From Amoebidium appalachense (Eukaryota > Protista > Ichthyosporea), in assembly GCA_963693365.1 (NCBI GenBank), contig CAVNZM010000012.1, positions 1,984,001 to 2,048,000 on the forward strand: a DNA stretch of 64,000 bases, given 5' to 3'. Below the pieces are notes generated by a model. The model ran no database searches. It was not told where the DNA came from and saw only the letters and a list, made by a program, of their open reading frames with translations. The position numbers and the translations under genes were made by a program. Position 1 is the first letter of the stretch; each line of letters starts with the position of its first letter. Positions 54,386-64,000 of this stretch are shown piece after piece.

Positions 54386-55704
54386 CTAACGGCGTGCGTG
54401 CCTTTCACTGCGACGCAGACCCACTTGCTCCGGTTGATGTTCAAACGCGAGTTTTTTCCGTTCCCGTGCCTTGCGTTCTTCTTTTTCCTTTTGGATTTGT
54501 CCACGTGTGCCCTTTCGGGGCACCAGCTCACGGCCTTCAAACGCCAGCTCTTCCACGGCTTTTTCCTTGGCTGTCTCCTTACGGGCTTTACGCATCTCGC
54601 TGCTGTGCGGTACGGGCACACTGGTAGGTGGTACCTTCTTCAGCATGGTGTCTGGCCAAGCGTAGCGTAGGCCTGGCGTGTGTCTCCTCATCTCCCCTGT
54701 GGCTGCGTTGCGTAGGGCCCACCCACTTGCATCCTTGTAGGCAAGCGTGTAGACGTCCTTAGACCAGTTTCTGCCTTCTTTTTCAAACGGTCCCTTTGGT
54801 TTCTTGAGTGCACGTACGTGCACACCCTCTGTGTGGCCCATCCTTTCACGTAGCTTACGCTTCTGTTTCCTGTTCTCCAGCCACGTGTTGATGCTGTTCC
54901 ACCGTTCTGCCCGCTGGGTCATGCTGTCGGGGTCTCTGCCTATGGAACCATGGTACGTATCGTTGTAATCCTCCAGCACGTCTTCCAACCCTTCCCCTAT
55001 CCACTTGCCCGTGTTGTTGGTCTCCATGTACTTGGTCAGTCCTTGCTTTAGAGTACGGCGGAACCGTTCCACCATGGCTACATTGCGTGGTTTTCTGCCT
55101 GGTTTTTGCGGGAGAATGGTGATGTCATTGTCGCCGTAGTACTTTTTCATGGTGTTGCTAAGAAACTCCGTGCCCTTGTCCGTAAAGATTTGCTTCACCT
55201 CTGTAGGTTGTAGGTTTTCCTCCCCCTCGTTGCTTTCGTCCTTCATCTCCTTGATTGTGTGTAGGGCCTTATCCACTGCCCTCCTCATCTCTGGCCCGTT
55301 GCTGATGGTGAGGTGCTCACTCTTCCCGGTCCCCGAGCTCTTTGTTTTTATGGGTACGACTGTTGCTTGCCGCGTGTTCATGTCAATCACACTCAATCCC
55401 CCCTTGTACCCCCTGTTTGCCTTTGAGTAACGTGGCATGAAAAACAGGTCGGCTGCCACACTGTTTGGCCGTGCTGTTGTGGTGAGGTAGTCCTTCCTCT
55501 TAATCCTATGGGGGGCCATCACCTCCGTGAGGGACTCCTGCAGCCCCGAGTGTCTCCTGGACAGGTAGGCACGCACGGCCGGTTGCCCCACCCTCTTGTC
55601 TTTTGCTTTTGCACGATGCCATAGGGCTTGTACGGAGGGGGGAGCTTGAAGGTGTCGTAGGTTTCATCAATCACCTGCTCAATGTCCTTCCCGTGGGCCA
55701 CCAT
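54386..55704 (-). pseudogene. Copy A RVE integrase with 1-bp frameshift near 55640
   Basis: G6 run versus G7 in copy B (could be a homopolymer read error); also ERFH changed to ERFR. Confidence 0.85.
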
Positions 55705-55725
55705 GGTTGTTTCTTGTGCCTCCTA

Positions 55726-56316
55726 CTAGTCGGTCGACACTTTCTCCTTTGGGATTCTTCTTGGTCTGCGTGCAGCTGTGGTCTTTTTGGCTGTCTTTTT
55801 GGCCTTGGGGGCAGGGGGTGGTTGTAGCTTGATGGGGTGGTCGGGCATGAGTGGCCGGGGGTGCAATGGTGTGATGTCCTGCTCCGTGTCTGTGCTTGCG
55901 GGTACATCCTCATCGTCGTCGAGTAGTGTGAGCACGGAGGGTTGTTGCTCTTGGAGTGGTGGGGGAGAGGCGGGAGGGGTGGGGAAGGCAAAGAGGGGCT
56001 CATAGGGGGGTGTTGGGGAGAGGGCGTCGTGGGGAAAAGGGGTGTCTGGTCGGGGAAAGTTGGGGGGAAGAGAGGGGAAGGGGAAGGGGGTGGGGTACTC
56101 TTGCAGTAGCACGTCCCTTATGGTGCTTGCATGCCCTTTCAACCACTCTGTGAAGGATTTCCACTCTAGCCCCTGCTCTGTGCACACTAGCATGTCCCCT
56201 TCCTTGGGTCGGTATCTAGGAAAGACAAGGGTATAGGATTCGGTCGATGAGTGGGCTTGCACACCCACGTACTCTCCCGATCGCGTGAGCAGATTGAGTC
56301 TGTGTACGTTAGACAT
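55726..56316 (-). CDS. Copy A homolog of 22957-23547
   Basis: Near-identical protein. Confidence 0.7.
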   Translation of the reverse strand: MSNVHRLNLLTRSGEYVGVQAHSSTESYTLVFPRYRPKEGDMLVCTEQGLEWKSFTEWLKGHASTIRDVLLQEYPTPFPFPSLPPNFPRPDTPFPHDALSPTPPYEPLFAFPTPPASPPPLQEQQPSVLTLLDDDEDVPASTDTEQDITPLHPRPLMPDHPIKLQPPPAPKAKKTAKKTTAARRPRRIPKEKVSTD

Positions 56317-56362
56317 GGTGGTTGTTTGCCTTTATTGTAGTTGCACATTTTTTCGCACCGTG

Positions 56363-57121
56363 ATGGTACCAGACAACTGGAGAATGATTGTCAACCTGGC
56401 TCGAATCTACTTTACGACATGCTGTGCTATCATGTGTGTTGCATTGGTTGCTGCATCCTACGGCACAGTCACAATGATACCAGAGTTCGCAAAACGTACA
56501 TGCATGTTCTGGCTCATCATCCTGCCCCTCACAGGTGTGGTCATGTGCCAAGCACAATGGGTGGCGTATGCCTGGCTCGACGTGGACACCCACCCTGACG
56601 TGGCCGGCCACTGTGTGATGTGGGCGCCCTACTGGCTGGGCTCGTGGCTGTATGTGGCCTCCCCCCTCGCCTACATGCTGGCAGCAGCGTGCTGGGCCCG
56701 ATCCATGCGTGTGACGACCACGTTGTTCTTCCCACGGGCCGTGGCGTACATGGTGTGTGCCTCCCTCCTCCCCCTAAGTGCCCTCTACGGCATGACGTGT
56801 GTGTTTGAACCGTCGGTGTTTGGCTACGTGTTTCTTGTGTCGAGGGGCGTGCTGGCGTGTGCCACCCTCGTCTGTGCACGGTACATGCTCTCCCTGTCCG
56901 TGCCCGTGCTCACCAGGAACATTGTGCTGTGCGTGTGCGTGCATGCAGGCCTTGCACTGGCGGGCATTGTGTTTGACGAGCTCCACTGGAACCTGTTGGA
57001 GTTTGGGTTTTTGGAGAACGGGTTTCTGACCACCTTGGGGTACACACTGCTCGCCTGCTGCCTGCTTGCCCTCTGGTACCTCATACTCTACTGCATGGAC
57101 GTGCTGGGCCCCTACACGTAG
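56363..57121 (+). CDS. Copy A 7-TM membrane protein
   Basis: Same protein as 23594-24352. Confidence 0.75.
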   Translation: MVPDNWRMIVNLARIYFTTCCAIMCVALVAASYGTVTMIPEFAKRTCMFWLIILPLTGVVMCQAQWVAYAWLDVDTHPDVAGHCVMWAPYWLGSWLYVASPLAYMLAAACWARSMRVTTTLFFPRAVAYMVCASLLPLSALYGMTCVFEPSVFGYVFLVSRGVLACATLVCARYMLSLSVPVLTRNIVLCVCVHAGLALAGIVFDELHWNLLEFGFLENGFLTTLGYTLLACCLLALWYLILYCMDVLGPYT

Positions 57122-57123
57122 TT

Positions 57124-58485
57124 TTAGGGCATGGTCCATTTTGGCCCGTTGTCCCAGTCACCCACATCCACGACGTTGTGGTCGGGCCCGTACTTACCCT
57201 GGTTGTTCTTCCAGGCCTCGAGCTCGGCGGCGTAGTTGTCGTAGTCGGTGGCGGCCCGGCGTGCCTTCCTCTTGCCCATCTTGCCAATGCCCGTGCCTAG
57301 CTTCCCTCCGTACCTCTGTGCGAGTTTGCATGCCCCCTTGCCGACTGCAGACACGGCATCGCCGACCACAGGTATGAACCCCATCAGGTCCATCACACTC
57401 TCCACAATGTCCAACGGGCTTGGTTTGAACGTTTCCTCTTCGACGAAGTCTCTCAGCACGGGCACAAAGTTGATCTCCCTCGGCCTCACCATGAACCACA
57501 GGTCGTTTTCCTGCATGCTCTGTGGCACCTTTCCGTTGGGCATGTGTGCGCGTATGGTGTTGAGGTACTGTTTGAGGGCCGAGCCCACCGGTTCCCATAG
57601 CTGGTCCACCTCGTCCCAGGGGTCGGGGGAAACGGCTTCGTTGTAGTTTAGACGTAGCACCCGGCTTGTCACCCTGTACGTGAGCTCCATTTCCGGGTGG
57701 GGTAGTGACCCTTTGGGGCCCGAATACACGCTCTTGTTGGTCCCCCCCAAATCACCGACGGCGCTGACGGTGGTTTCGTATTGAAACATGACGCTGGGAA
57801 ACTTGTAGTGGACCTTGTAGTCAAGTTTCACGTAGCCCATGCGTGTGGTGGTGTAGTCGTTGGGGCCCCTGTTGGAGAAGTGCAGGAGGCCCGGCCTGAA
57901 GTACCGTGTCTTGGTTGTGCCCGTTATGGTCTCCTGCTCCTGTGCCCACACCCTACTCTTTATCCAGTTTGTGAGAACCTTGTCGTCGTAGGGGAACTTT
58001 CCGCCCCCGGGCAGGTCGGGGTTGTCCTCGTTGATGTAGTCCATGTGCCAGTCGTTGTTGGTGTCGTGCAGGTCCGTGTGGTCAACCTCTGTGTTGATGA
58101 TGGGCACGTCGTGCAGGTACTCGGCCTTCTCGACGACGACCTGGTTGAGCTCGTACAGCTGGCTGCTGTCTAGGTTGGCGGTGAGCTTGCCGGCAATGTG
58201 CTGCTGCAGCGGCTCCCCCCGGGGCACGGTGCCCATGACAATGTCGTACGTCATGAACGGTAAGACCCTGCTGATGCCCTTCTTGTTGTAGGCGTAGTTG
58301 TTGTTGAGGGGGTACGTGTTTGATGATATGACGGCCTCCATGGTTGGGGTGTAGGGCCAAAGGGTGGCGTGTCTTGCCTCGTCCGTTTCGTTTTCGTAGA
58401 AGTTGGTGTACGTGTGGCCATCGTCCTTGTCCTGCCCGTTTATGCCGACATGGTCGAACTTGAAGCATGCGGTTCGTGCAGACAT
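57124..58485 (-). CDS. Copy A homolog of 24355-25716
   Basis: Near-identical; motif reads DLMGFIPVVGDAV. Confidence 0.8.
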   Translation of the reverse strand: MSARTACFKFDHVGINGQDKDDGHTYTNFYENETDEARHATLWPYTPTMEAVISSNTYPLNNNYAYNKKGISRVLPFMTYDIVMGTVPRGEPLQQHIAGKLTANLDSSQLYELNQVVVEKAEYLHDVPIINTEVDHTDLHDTNNDWHMDYINEDNPDLPGGGKFPYDDKVLTNWIKSRVWAQEQETITGTTKTRYFRPGLLHFSNRGPNDYTTTRMGYVKLDYKVHYKFPSVMFQYETTVSAVGDLGGTNKSVYSGPKGSLPHPEMELTYRVTSRVLRLNYNEAVSPDPWDEVDQLWEPVGSALKQYLNTIRAHMPNGKVPQSMQENDLWFMVRPREINFVPVLRDFVEEETFKPSPLDIVESVMDLMGFIPVVGDAVSAVGKGACKLAQRYGGKLGTGIGKMGKRKARRAATDYDNYAAELEAWKNNQGKYGPDHNVVDVGDWDNGPKWTMP

Positions 58486-59129
58486 GGGGTAGTGGTGGGT
58501 CTGGAACGTGATGGTCTGTCTCTCCTCGTCCCAGCTCCCAAAGAAGAGGGGGTGCCCATGCTGTGTGGGGTGTCTGGGTTGCTTATCATGGGAAACTTGG
58601 GGAAGTCGGGTCGTTCGGGCAGGGCCGTCTTGATCTGTCTGTTTATGGTACGCACCGACGTCCACCCGTCGGAAAACAGAAAGTTTGGCCGGACCCACAT
58701 GGAGTAGGGAAATATCGGGTCGGGGGTTAGGCCCTCCAGCCTCAGCAGGCGACGTACAATGTTGTCCTCGAAGTTCTCCTTGTCGTCCCCCCACAGCACC
58801 TTTACTATAGTGTCCAAGGTTTCCTTCATGGTGTCGTAGACGGTGTGCTCGTCCCAGTTCTTGACCATACCCTTTTCCAACAGCACCACCCTCCTCTCCA
58901 GGTCGTCCAGCCGGTCGGTCACCTCCGCCACGGGCATGAAGGTACCGGCCCCCACCTCGTCCACCTTCAAGAAGGCAGGCCCCCCTCGGGGGAGGCTTTT
59001 GGGCAGCTCGAGGACGTAGCTGTCGTGCCCGTGCCCGCTCGAATCGGGTCGGATGCCGACGTAGTAGTCTGCGCTCTTCGGGCCCACCAGGGAGAGCCCC
59101 TGGGCAACGTGCCACGCTAAAGCGCTCAT
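58440..59129 (-). CDS. Copy A homolog of 25817-26359 (extended by a 1-bp indel)
   Basis: Matches copy B up to ERPD, then reads in a different frame. Confidence 0.7.
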   Translation of the reverse strand: MSALAWHVAQGLSLVGPKSADYYVGIRPDSSGHGHDSYVLELPKSLPRGGPAFLKVDEVGAGTFMPVAEVTDRLDDLERRVVLLEKGMVKNWDEHTVYDTMKETLDTIVKVLWGDDKENFEDNIVRRLLRLEGLTPDPIFPYSMWVRPNFLFSDGWTSVRTINRQIKTALPERPDFPKFPMISNPDTPHSMGTPSSLGAGTRRDRPSRSRPTTTPCLHEPHASSSTMSA

Positions 59130-59158
59130 GGTGGGTTTACTAGTGTGTTAGAAATAAT

Positions 59159-59218
59159 TTAGTTTCTCGGTGCCAGTAGGGGAATTCCCTGGGAAACGTG
59201 CCACTGCAAATGACTCAT
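59159..59218 (-). pseudogene. 19-codon remnant (MSHLQWHVSQGIPLLAPRN*) of a divergent homolog of the downstream gene
   Basis: 10/19 identities to MSALAWHVAQGLSLVGPKS; CACCATG start; absent from copy B. Confidence 0.85.
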
Positions 59219-59260
59219 GGTGAGTCTTAATACCCCGTAGAGAAAAATTCACCTTGGCAC

Positions 59261-60688
59261 CTAGGGTAGCCAGCTACCTGTCTCGGTTGCATATGGGTAG
59301 TCGGCAAAGTAGTTTGGATCGTGGAAGTTGAGGTCTGTTCTCGGAATGCTAGATTTGTTGACATATTCGCTAAAGTGGGGGTACCTGGCAATCACCTGCA
59401 CGTTGAATGCATTGTAGCCTGACGCATTGCCAAAGCTATAGGTGTCAGAGGCTCTATTGGTCACCCTTATTCGTAGCCAGAAATCTGTCCCGTTTCCTGT
59501 GGGCTGTAGTTCCCCCTCGATCAGACCACACCCTATGGCAAACGGGTAATGGCCGTTCGGACTAACAGGGTCCACACAGGCCATGGACACCCGACCTTCC
59601 TGCACCATGAACTGGAATTGTTTGTTGCCGAGCGCCTTCCAAAACTCGTGCACGATGAGCAGTTCGGCCCCTGGCTGTGTCATCCACCCAAGGTTGATGT
59701 TTGGGTCGGTGCCCGACTTGAGGCTAAAAATGTCACCCCATGCAGCGGCTGTATCGCCCAAGAGGGAGCTCCACGTTCGGTTGGTAATGTGGTACACCTT
59801 CACTGCCTTGTACGCTGGGCCGGTCCTCTGCCTCACCCACGCTTCATCGGCCAGCCTGTTGGTGTTGGCAGGGAGTCTGTTCTTGATGGCCGTCATGTCC
59901 GTTGTGAGTGTACCGGTGGTAGTCTTGAGGCCGGCAATGTCCGTGTTCTGTGTGGTGTTGACCGTCACTGCGCCGTTGGCCGTGTTGAGGGCGGTGGTGG
60001 CCTTGCCCTCCACTGCCGTCAGCCTCGTGTCCAGGCTCCCCGTGGTGGTCTTGAGGCCGGCAATGTCCGTGTTCTGTGTGGTGTTGACCGTCACTGCGCC
60101 GTTGGCCGTGTTGAGGGCGGTGGTGGCCTTGCCCTCCACTGCCGTCAGCCTCGTGTCCAGGCCCCCCGTGGTGGTCTTGAGGTCGGCAATGTCCGTGTTC
60201 TGTGTGGTGTTGACCGTCACTGCGCCGTTGGCCGTGTTGAGGGCGGTGGTGGCCTTGCCCTCCACTACCGTCAGCCTCGTGTCCAGACCTCCTGCCGTGG
60301 TTTTGAGCCCGACAATGTCCGTGTTCTGCATGGTGTTCACACCCTCCACGGCCGTCATTCGGGTACCCAGACCTTCCGTTGTGGTTTTGAGACCGGCAAT
60401 GTCCGTGTCCTGTGTGGTGTTTACTTCTTCTACGGTAGCCACCCTGGCCCCCAGTGCCTGCACGGTTGCATCGGACGGCACGTCGGCAGCGTCCACAAAC
60501 GACATGTTGCCGTTGGGGTCACATGCCATGTAGGCAAATGTAGCCGGCCCGGTCAAGGGCAATGTCAGATCGTATGCATCGTGTTTGTGGCCTGTTGTGT
60601 TGGCCACCACCCCCACGTAGTAGCCGTCTTTTCGTCGGTTCGTGAGTGCAAGCCCGTCAGCCACGGTCCAGTTGAGTGATTTGGGCAT
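59261..60688 (-). CDS. Copy A fiber/spike protein with alternative head domain, 475 aa
   Basis: N-terminus and shaft match copy B; the C-terminal ~215 aa are homologous but strongly diverged. Confidence 0.85.
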   Translation of the reverse strand: MPKSLNWTVADGLALTNRRKDGYYVGVVANTTGHKHDAYDLTLPLTGPATFAYMACDPNGNMSFVDAADVPSDATVQALGARVATVEEVNTTQDTDIAGLKTTTEGLGTRMTAVEGVNTMQNTDIVGLKTTAGGLDTRLTVVEGKATTALNTANGAVTVNTTQNTDIADLKTTTGGLDTRLTAVEGKATTALNTANGAVTVNTTQNTDIAGLKTTTGSLDTRLTAVEGKATTALNTANGAVTVNTTQNTDIAGLKTTTGTLTTDMTAIKNRLPANTNRLADEAWVRQRTGPAYKAVKVYHITNRTWSSLLGDTAAAWGDIFSLKSGTDPNINLGWMTQPGAELLIVHEFWKALGNKQFQFMVQEGRVSMACVDPVSPNGHYPFAIGCGLIEGELQPTGNGTDFWLRIRVTNRASDTYSFGNASGYNAFNVQVIARYPHFSEYVNKSSIPRTDLNFHDPNYFADYPYATETGSWLP

Positions 60689-60768
60689 GGTTGCACAAGT
60701 GTGCACGTTACTACATGACGTTGAATTTTTGTACGGTGTTTATAACGGTATTTGTGCCCACTACCACC

Positions 60769-61827
60769 ATGGACCAAGCCCCAACACACCTCGTAGTCAT
60801 GCAACACGTCGGTGACTTTGTGCAAGGCCAGAAGGACCCTGCCCCTGTGGAAATGAAGGCCATGCTGTCTCCCCCGATAGGGTTCCAGCAGAACACGTCG
60901 TTGGGGGTCAAGTGGGTGAGCACCATGACCACCCCCACCACCTTCTACTACCCGTACCCCCGTGATGAGTGCTATGTCAACATGGCCCGCCAGCTCCCGA
61001 CCCCGGGAGGGGGGTGGGGCTCACCCACCGACATCCAGCGCCTGTACTTTGAAGCCACACCCGACGAGTTGCAAATCGAACCTGGCAAGAAGGTGTGGCG
61101 TACCATTCCCCTGTGGGAGTTAGGGGTGAGCCCGACGGGTGCCTTTGTGGGTCGTGGGAGCAGCAACGAGTTATCCAGAGACCTGGCGAGTACTGAAAAC
61201 GTCTTTGGGTCGTATATGGGGCATTGGTTGCAGTTCCTGCTGGATAGGTACCTTACGAGCGTACTTGGCAACGACAAACCTGCCGACGGGGAAGTGGAGT
61301 TGAGCTACGACGAGAAGACCGGTCGGATTAAGTTCGTAAACCGTGCACCCGATACCAGGTACCTCATGTGGTTCGACTCGCCGGTGGTGGCTGCTGCAGC
61401 CGGTATGAACGTGGGGGATAGCCTGGTTAGCTCAAAGCCCGGCAGGGACGAGACCACGGCCCCTAATGTTGGGTGTTTCCCCACCCACTTCCTCCTCGAG
61501 CTTCACGGTGTGAACTCAGAGTCGTCCGTGAGTATAGCCAACGCCGACGTCAAGTTTCAGTCCTCCTACCCCAGCAAGGACGTGCTGGCCGTCATTCCTG
61601 CCTTTCCCAACATCACCGTCCCGTTCTTTGACAACGGGGCAGTCATCGAGCTACCACTCGACGTCAGCACGCACATCAACTCTCTCACAGTGAGGCTGGT
61701 GAGCTGTTACGGCAACGTTGTACGGATGAGAGGTGACGTGACCTTTTTATTGTGCCTGAGGCGTATTCCCAGACCCACAGGGTCCACGGTCGTCCGACCC
61801 ATGAGCAAGCCACAACGGTTCGGCTAG
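60769..61827 (+). CDS. Copy A minor capsid (penton) protein
   Basis: Homolog of 27940-28998, one substitution (Y/H). Confidence 0.8.
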   Translation: MDQAPTHLVVMQHVGDFVQGQKDPAPVEMKAMLSPPIGFQQNTSLGVKWVSTMTTPTTFYYPYPRDECYVNMARQLPTPGGGWGSPTDIQRLYFEATPDELQIEPGKKVWRTIPLWELGVSPTGAFVGRGSSNELSRDLASTENVFGSYMGHWLQFLLDRYLTSVLGNDKPADGEVELSYDEKTGRIKFVNRAPDTRYLMWFDSPVVAAAAGMNVGDSLVSSKPGRDETTAPNVGCFPTHFLLELHGVNSESSVSIANADVKFQSSYPSKDVLAVIPAFPNITVPFFDNGAVIELPLDVSTHINSLTVRLVSCYGNVVRMRGDVTFLLCLRRIPRPTGSTVVRPMSKPQRFG

Positions 61828-61873
61828 GTGTTGCATATTTTCACCACCACTCAATGAAGACATTACTACCACC

Positions 61874-62113
61874 ATGAATTTTCAACAAGGCACGGGCTAT
61901 ACCAACGACTCCGAGTACTGGCGACCGCCACGGCCGGACCGAACGGCAGCACCACGCAACCACACCCTTATTGTCCACCCCAACGAGCACTGGGATAGGT
62001 TTCAGACGGTGTTGAACATTGGTCGTGCTGCCCAAAACGTGGCCTACGTCGGCAGCAACATCAACTACATGCAGAGGTCCTTCAGGCGGGGTGGGGGTCG
62101 GTCGTACCCCTAG
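61874..62113 (+). CDS. Copy A homolog of 29045-29284
   Basis: Identical protein. Confidence 0.55.
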   Translation: MNFQQGTGYTNDSEYWRPPRPDRTAAPRNHTLIVHPNEHWDRFQTVLNIGRAAQNVAYVGSNINYMQRSFRRGGGRSYP

Positions 62114-62403
62114 ATGTTGGTCTCCCCCTCCTGTTTCTGTATGTGGGCAAGCATGCGGGCATCCAGCTGGGCCTCGTACTCCAGCACCTTCCTCAGCTCC
62201 TCCTGCCGGTCCACCGGCACCTTCTTCTTCAACTGCCGGAACTTTTTCTCGATTTTGTTTTCGGGCTTCTTCCCTTCCGTGTTGCCGGCCGGGTCAAAAT
62301 GTTTGTCGGTGCCGTGGCGTATGTAGAACTGCAAGTAGTCGTCAAAGGTGAAGGGTGACGAGTATGCCGACGGCAAATTCTTCATGTTCTTCGGGGTGGC
62401 CAT
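62110..62403 (-). CDS. Copy A homolog of 29281-29574
   Basis: One substitution. Confidence 0.6.
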   Translation of the reverse strand: MATPKNMKNLPSAYSSPFTFDDYLQFYIRHGTDKHFDPAGNTEGKKPENKIEKKFRQLKKKVPVDRQEELRKVLEYEAQLDARMLAHIQKQEGETNI

Positions 62404-62444
62404 GCCTGCATGTAGCCTAGCTACTAGTGGTATGTGTGAATTTT

Positions 62445-63068
62445 TCACCACGAGATGAGGTTGGCAATGTGGTCACTGTAACTACGCTGCGGGGGAGGGG
62501 GCTGCTGTGATGCTGCCTGTGTGTGGTACGTGCCGTAGCCCGTGTGGGGCATGCTGTGACGTATCGGTTGAGGCCCGAAGCTGCCCGGTGCACCCATGGG
62601 GTGTGGGGGTGGGGGTGGGGGCACGTAATAGTGCTCATAGTACGGGTTTTACGGGTTGTCATACCCGTCACTCTCCTCGTAGCTGTCCTCCTCTTCATAG
62701 GTCACCCGTGCCAAGGGCTTTCGTGGGGCCTTCTTCTGCTTTGGCCGGGGGGCCTTTGGGGGTGCTACCAGTACCGGTGCTGCTGCTGGGGGTGGGGGGT
62801 CGGCTGGGCGGGTCTCCAGCACCTGCAGCTTCTGCTCAAGTTCACGGATATAGTCCTTGTTCCTACGCATGCGTTCCACCCTTGTGCTCCTACCCTTCTC
62901 CAAGGCCTCCAGCTGCCGTGCTGTGGGTTGCCGTTTGGCCCTTGCCGCGTTGCCGGCTTCCAGCACCATGGGGTCCACACCCATACCGGTGTTGGTGGTT
63001 TCGTTGGACACCGGTTGGTCGGCCTCACCGTCCGACATGCGCTCGATTTGGTTCTCGTCGGTTGACAT
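62445..63068 (-). pseudogene. Copy A homolog of 29616-30239 with premature stop at 62649
   Basis: TAC changed to TAA relative to copy B. Confidence 0.75.
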
Positions 63069-63164
63069 TGTTGGTGTTACCAATAGGGACACATTTTTTC
63101 CAACGTTGGGCGGCGTACATACGTCCAAAAAATGTGTGCCCACTATCAAACACGGTCAACCAAG

Positions 63165-63401
63165 ATGGTCGGCACAACGTCCAAGAGCGCGTCCGACACG
63201 GATGCCGAGCCGTGGCAGCACGCGTGCGACTTCTGTGGGCACTGGTTCCGGTGTGCCACGCAGGAGGAGGGGCCAGGCTGTGACTTTGACTGTGGGTGCA
63301 CCATGACGTGGCTGGGGGACGAGCCTATGTACCTCTGCAGTTTCAAGTGCCTCGACGAGTTTACCGTCTACAACGTGCAGATCGACAGCTGCCGTCATTA
63401 A
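63165..63401 (+). CDS. Copy A small Cys-rich protein
   Basis: Homolog of 30333-30569. Confidence 0.6.
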   Translation: MVGTTSKSASDTDAEPWQHACDFCGHWFRCATQEEGPGCDFDCGCTMTWLGDEPMYLCSFKCLDEFTVYNVQIDSCRH

Positions 63402-63429
63402 TTTTAGCCACCCTACACTGAGTGACACC

Positions 63430-64000
63430 ATGCACCCTACCCCACCCATAGCCGTCAACCCCTTGCCGGCACCACTGTCGGTGGAGCACATTCCGATGAC
63501 GTGTGACACCAAACTGAACGTGCCCTACCCCCTCATGGACAACGTGTTCTTCTTTTTGCTTATTGGCCAGCCTGGTTCTGGCAAGTCCAACCTGCTCGTC
63601 AACCTCATTGCCCGGGAGGGCGAGTTCTACAATAAACAGTTTGACCGTGTGTACATTTTCAGCCCGAGCATGCACACCCTCGGCACGGCCCTGAAAATTC
63701 CCAGGGCCCGCCTGCACCAGGACGTCACCTTCCTCCCCGAGATTCTCAAACTGTCCCTCCAACACAAGAAGGTCAACCCAAATTACCGGATGTTGTTGGT
63801 GTTCGACGACATGTCCCATATTTTCCGAAAATCCGGCAACCTCCGTGAATTTGTACGTATGGCACAGAACCGACGACACATTGGTGTGTCGGTGATGATG
63901 GTGGGGCAGAAATTGAACAAGATCCCCCTTGAGCTACGTAGCCAGGCCGATGCCTTGGCCCATTTTAAGAACACCAACAACACCGAGCTCAAGGTGTTGA
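63430..64000 (+). CDS. Copy A packaging ATPase (runs off window end)
   Basis: Homolog of 30598-31341; GQPGSGKS intact. Confidence 0.93.
   Translation, partial: MHPTPPIAVNPLPAPLSVEHIPMTCDTKLNVPYPLMDNVFFFLLIGQPGSGKSNLLVNLIAREGEFYNKQFDRVYIFSPSMHTLGTALKIPRARLHQDVTFLPEILKLSLQHKKVNPNYRMLLVFDDMSHIFRKSGNLREFVRMAQNRRHIGVSVMMVGQKLNKIPLELRSQADALAHFKNTNNTELKVL

Larger units (their letters stand above)
6307..64000 (+). mobile_element. Endogenous Polinton/Maverick-like virus, copy A (outer, disrupted, right end beyond window)
   Basis: Begins ACTACATTAAGGGG like copy B. 6307-7534 matches B from 14841, and 45139-64000 (minus the 47527-51229 insertion) is colinear with B 16061-31168. Predicted 5-bp TSD TATGG (6302-6306). 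Confidence 0.95.

Noticed and set aside
45139-64000. Assembly duplication of copy B
   Set aside because: Independent TSD-bounded insertions, scattered substitutions, a different fiber head and its own left TIR at 6307 show it is a separate element.

Overview
Eukaryotic (protist-like, poly-G and GT-microsatellite-rich) DNA holding a four-layer nest of mobile elements. A non-LTR (LINE) reverse transcriptase is cut at 6307 by an endogenous Polinton/Maverick-like virus (copy A, running past the window end). Copy A carries a chromodomain-bearing Ty3/Gypsy LTR retrotransposon (7535-45138, TSD GGCAC). That retrotransposon is itself split by a second, complete 29,361-bp copy of the same virus (copy B, 14841-44201, 460-bp TIRs, TSD ATATG). 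Copy A also carries a non-autonomous relative of the Gypsy element (47527-51229, TSD GGCCA). The virus encodes pPolB, an RVE integrase, a packaging ATPase, and major and minor capsid proteins. It also has unusual extras: a VLTF3-like factor, a Dam-type adenine methylase, a 7-TM protein and three fiber-like paralogs. The two copies look nearly identical by eye except for a swapped fiber head in copy A, which still carries a scar of the donor virus's next gene. Many of the copy-to-copy substitutions are CpG transitions in CGC/GCG context. All comparisons were made by eye and no database searches were run.
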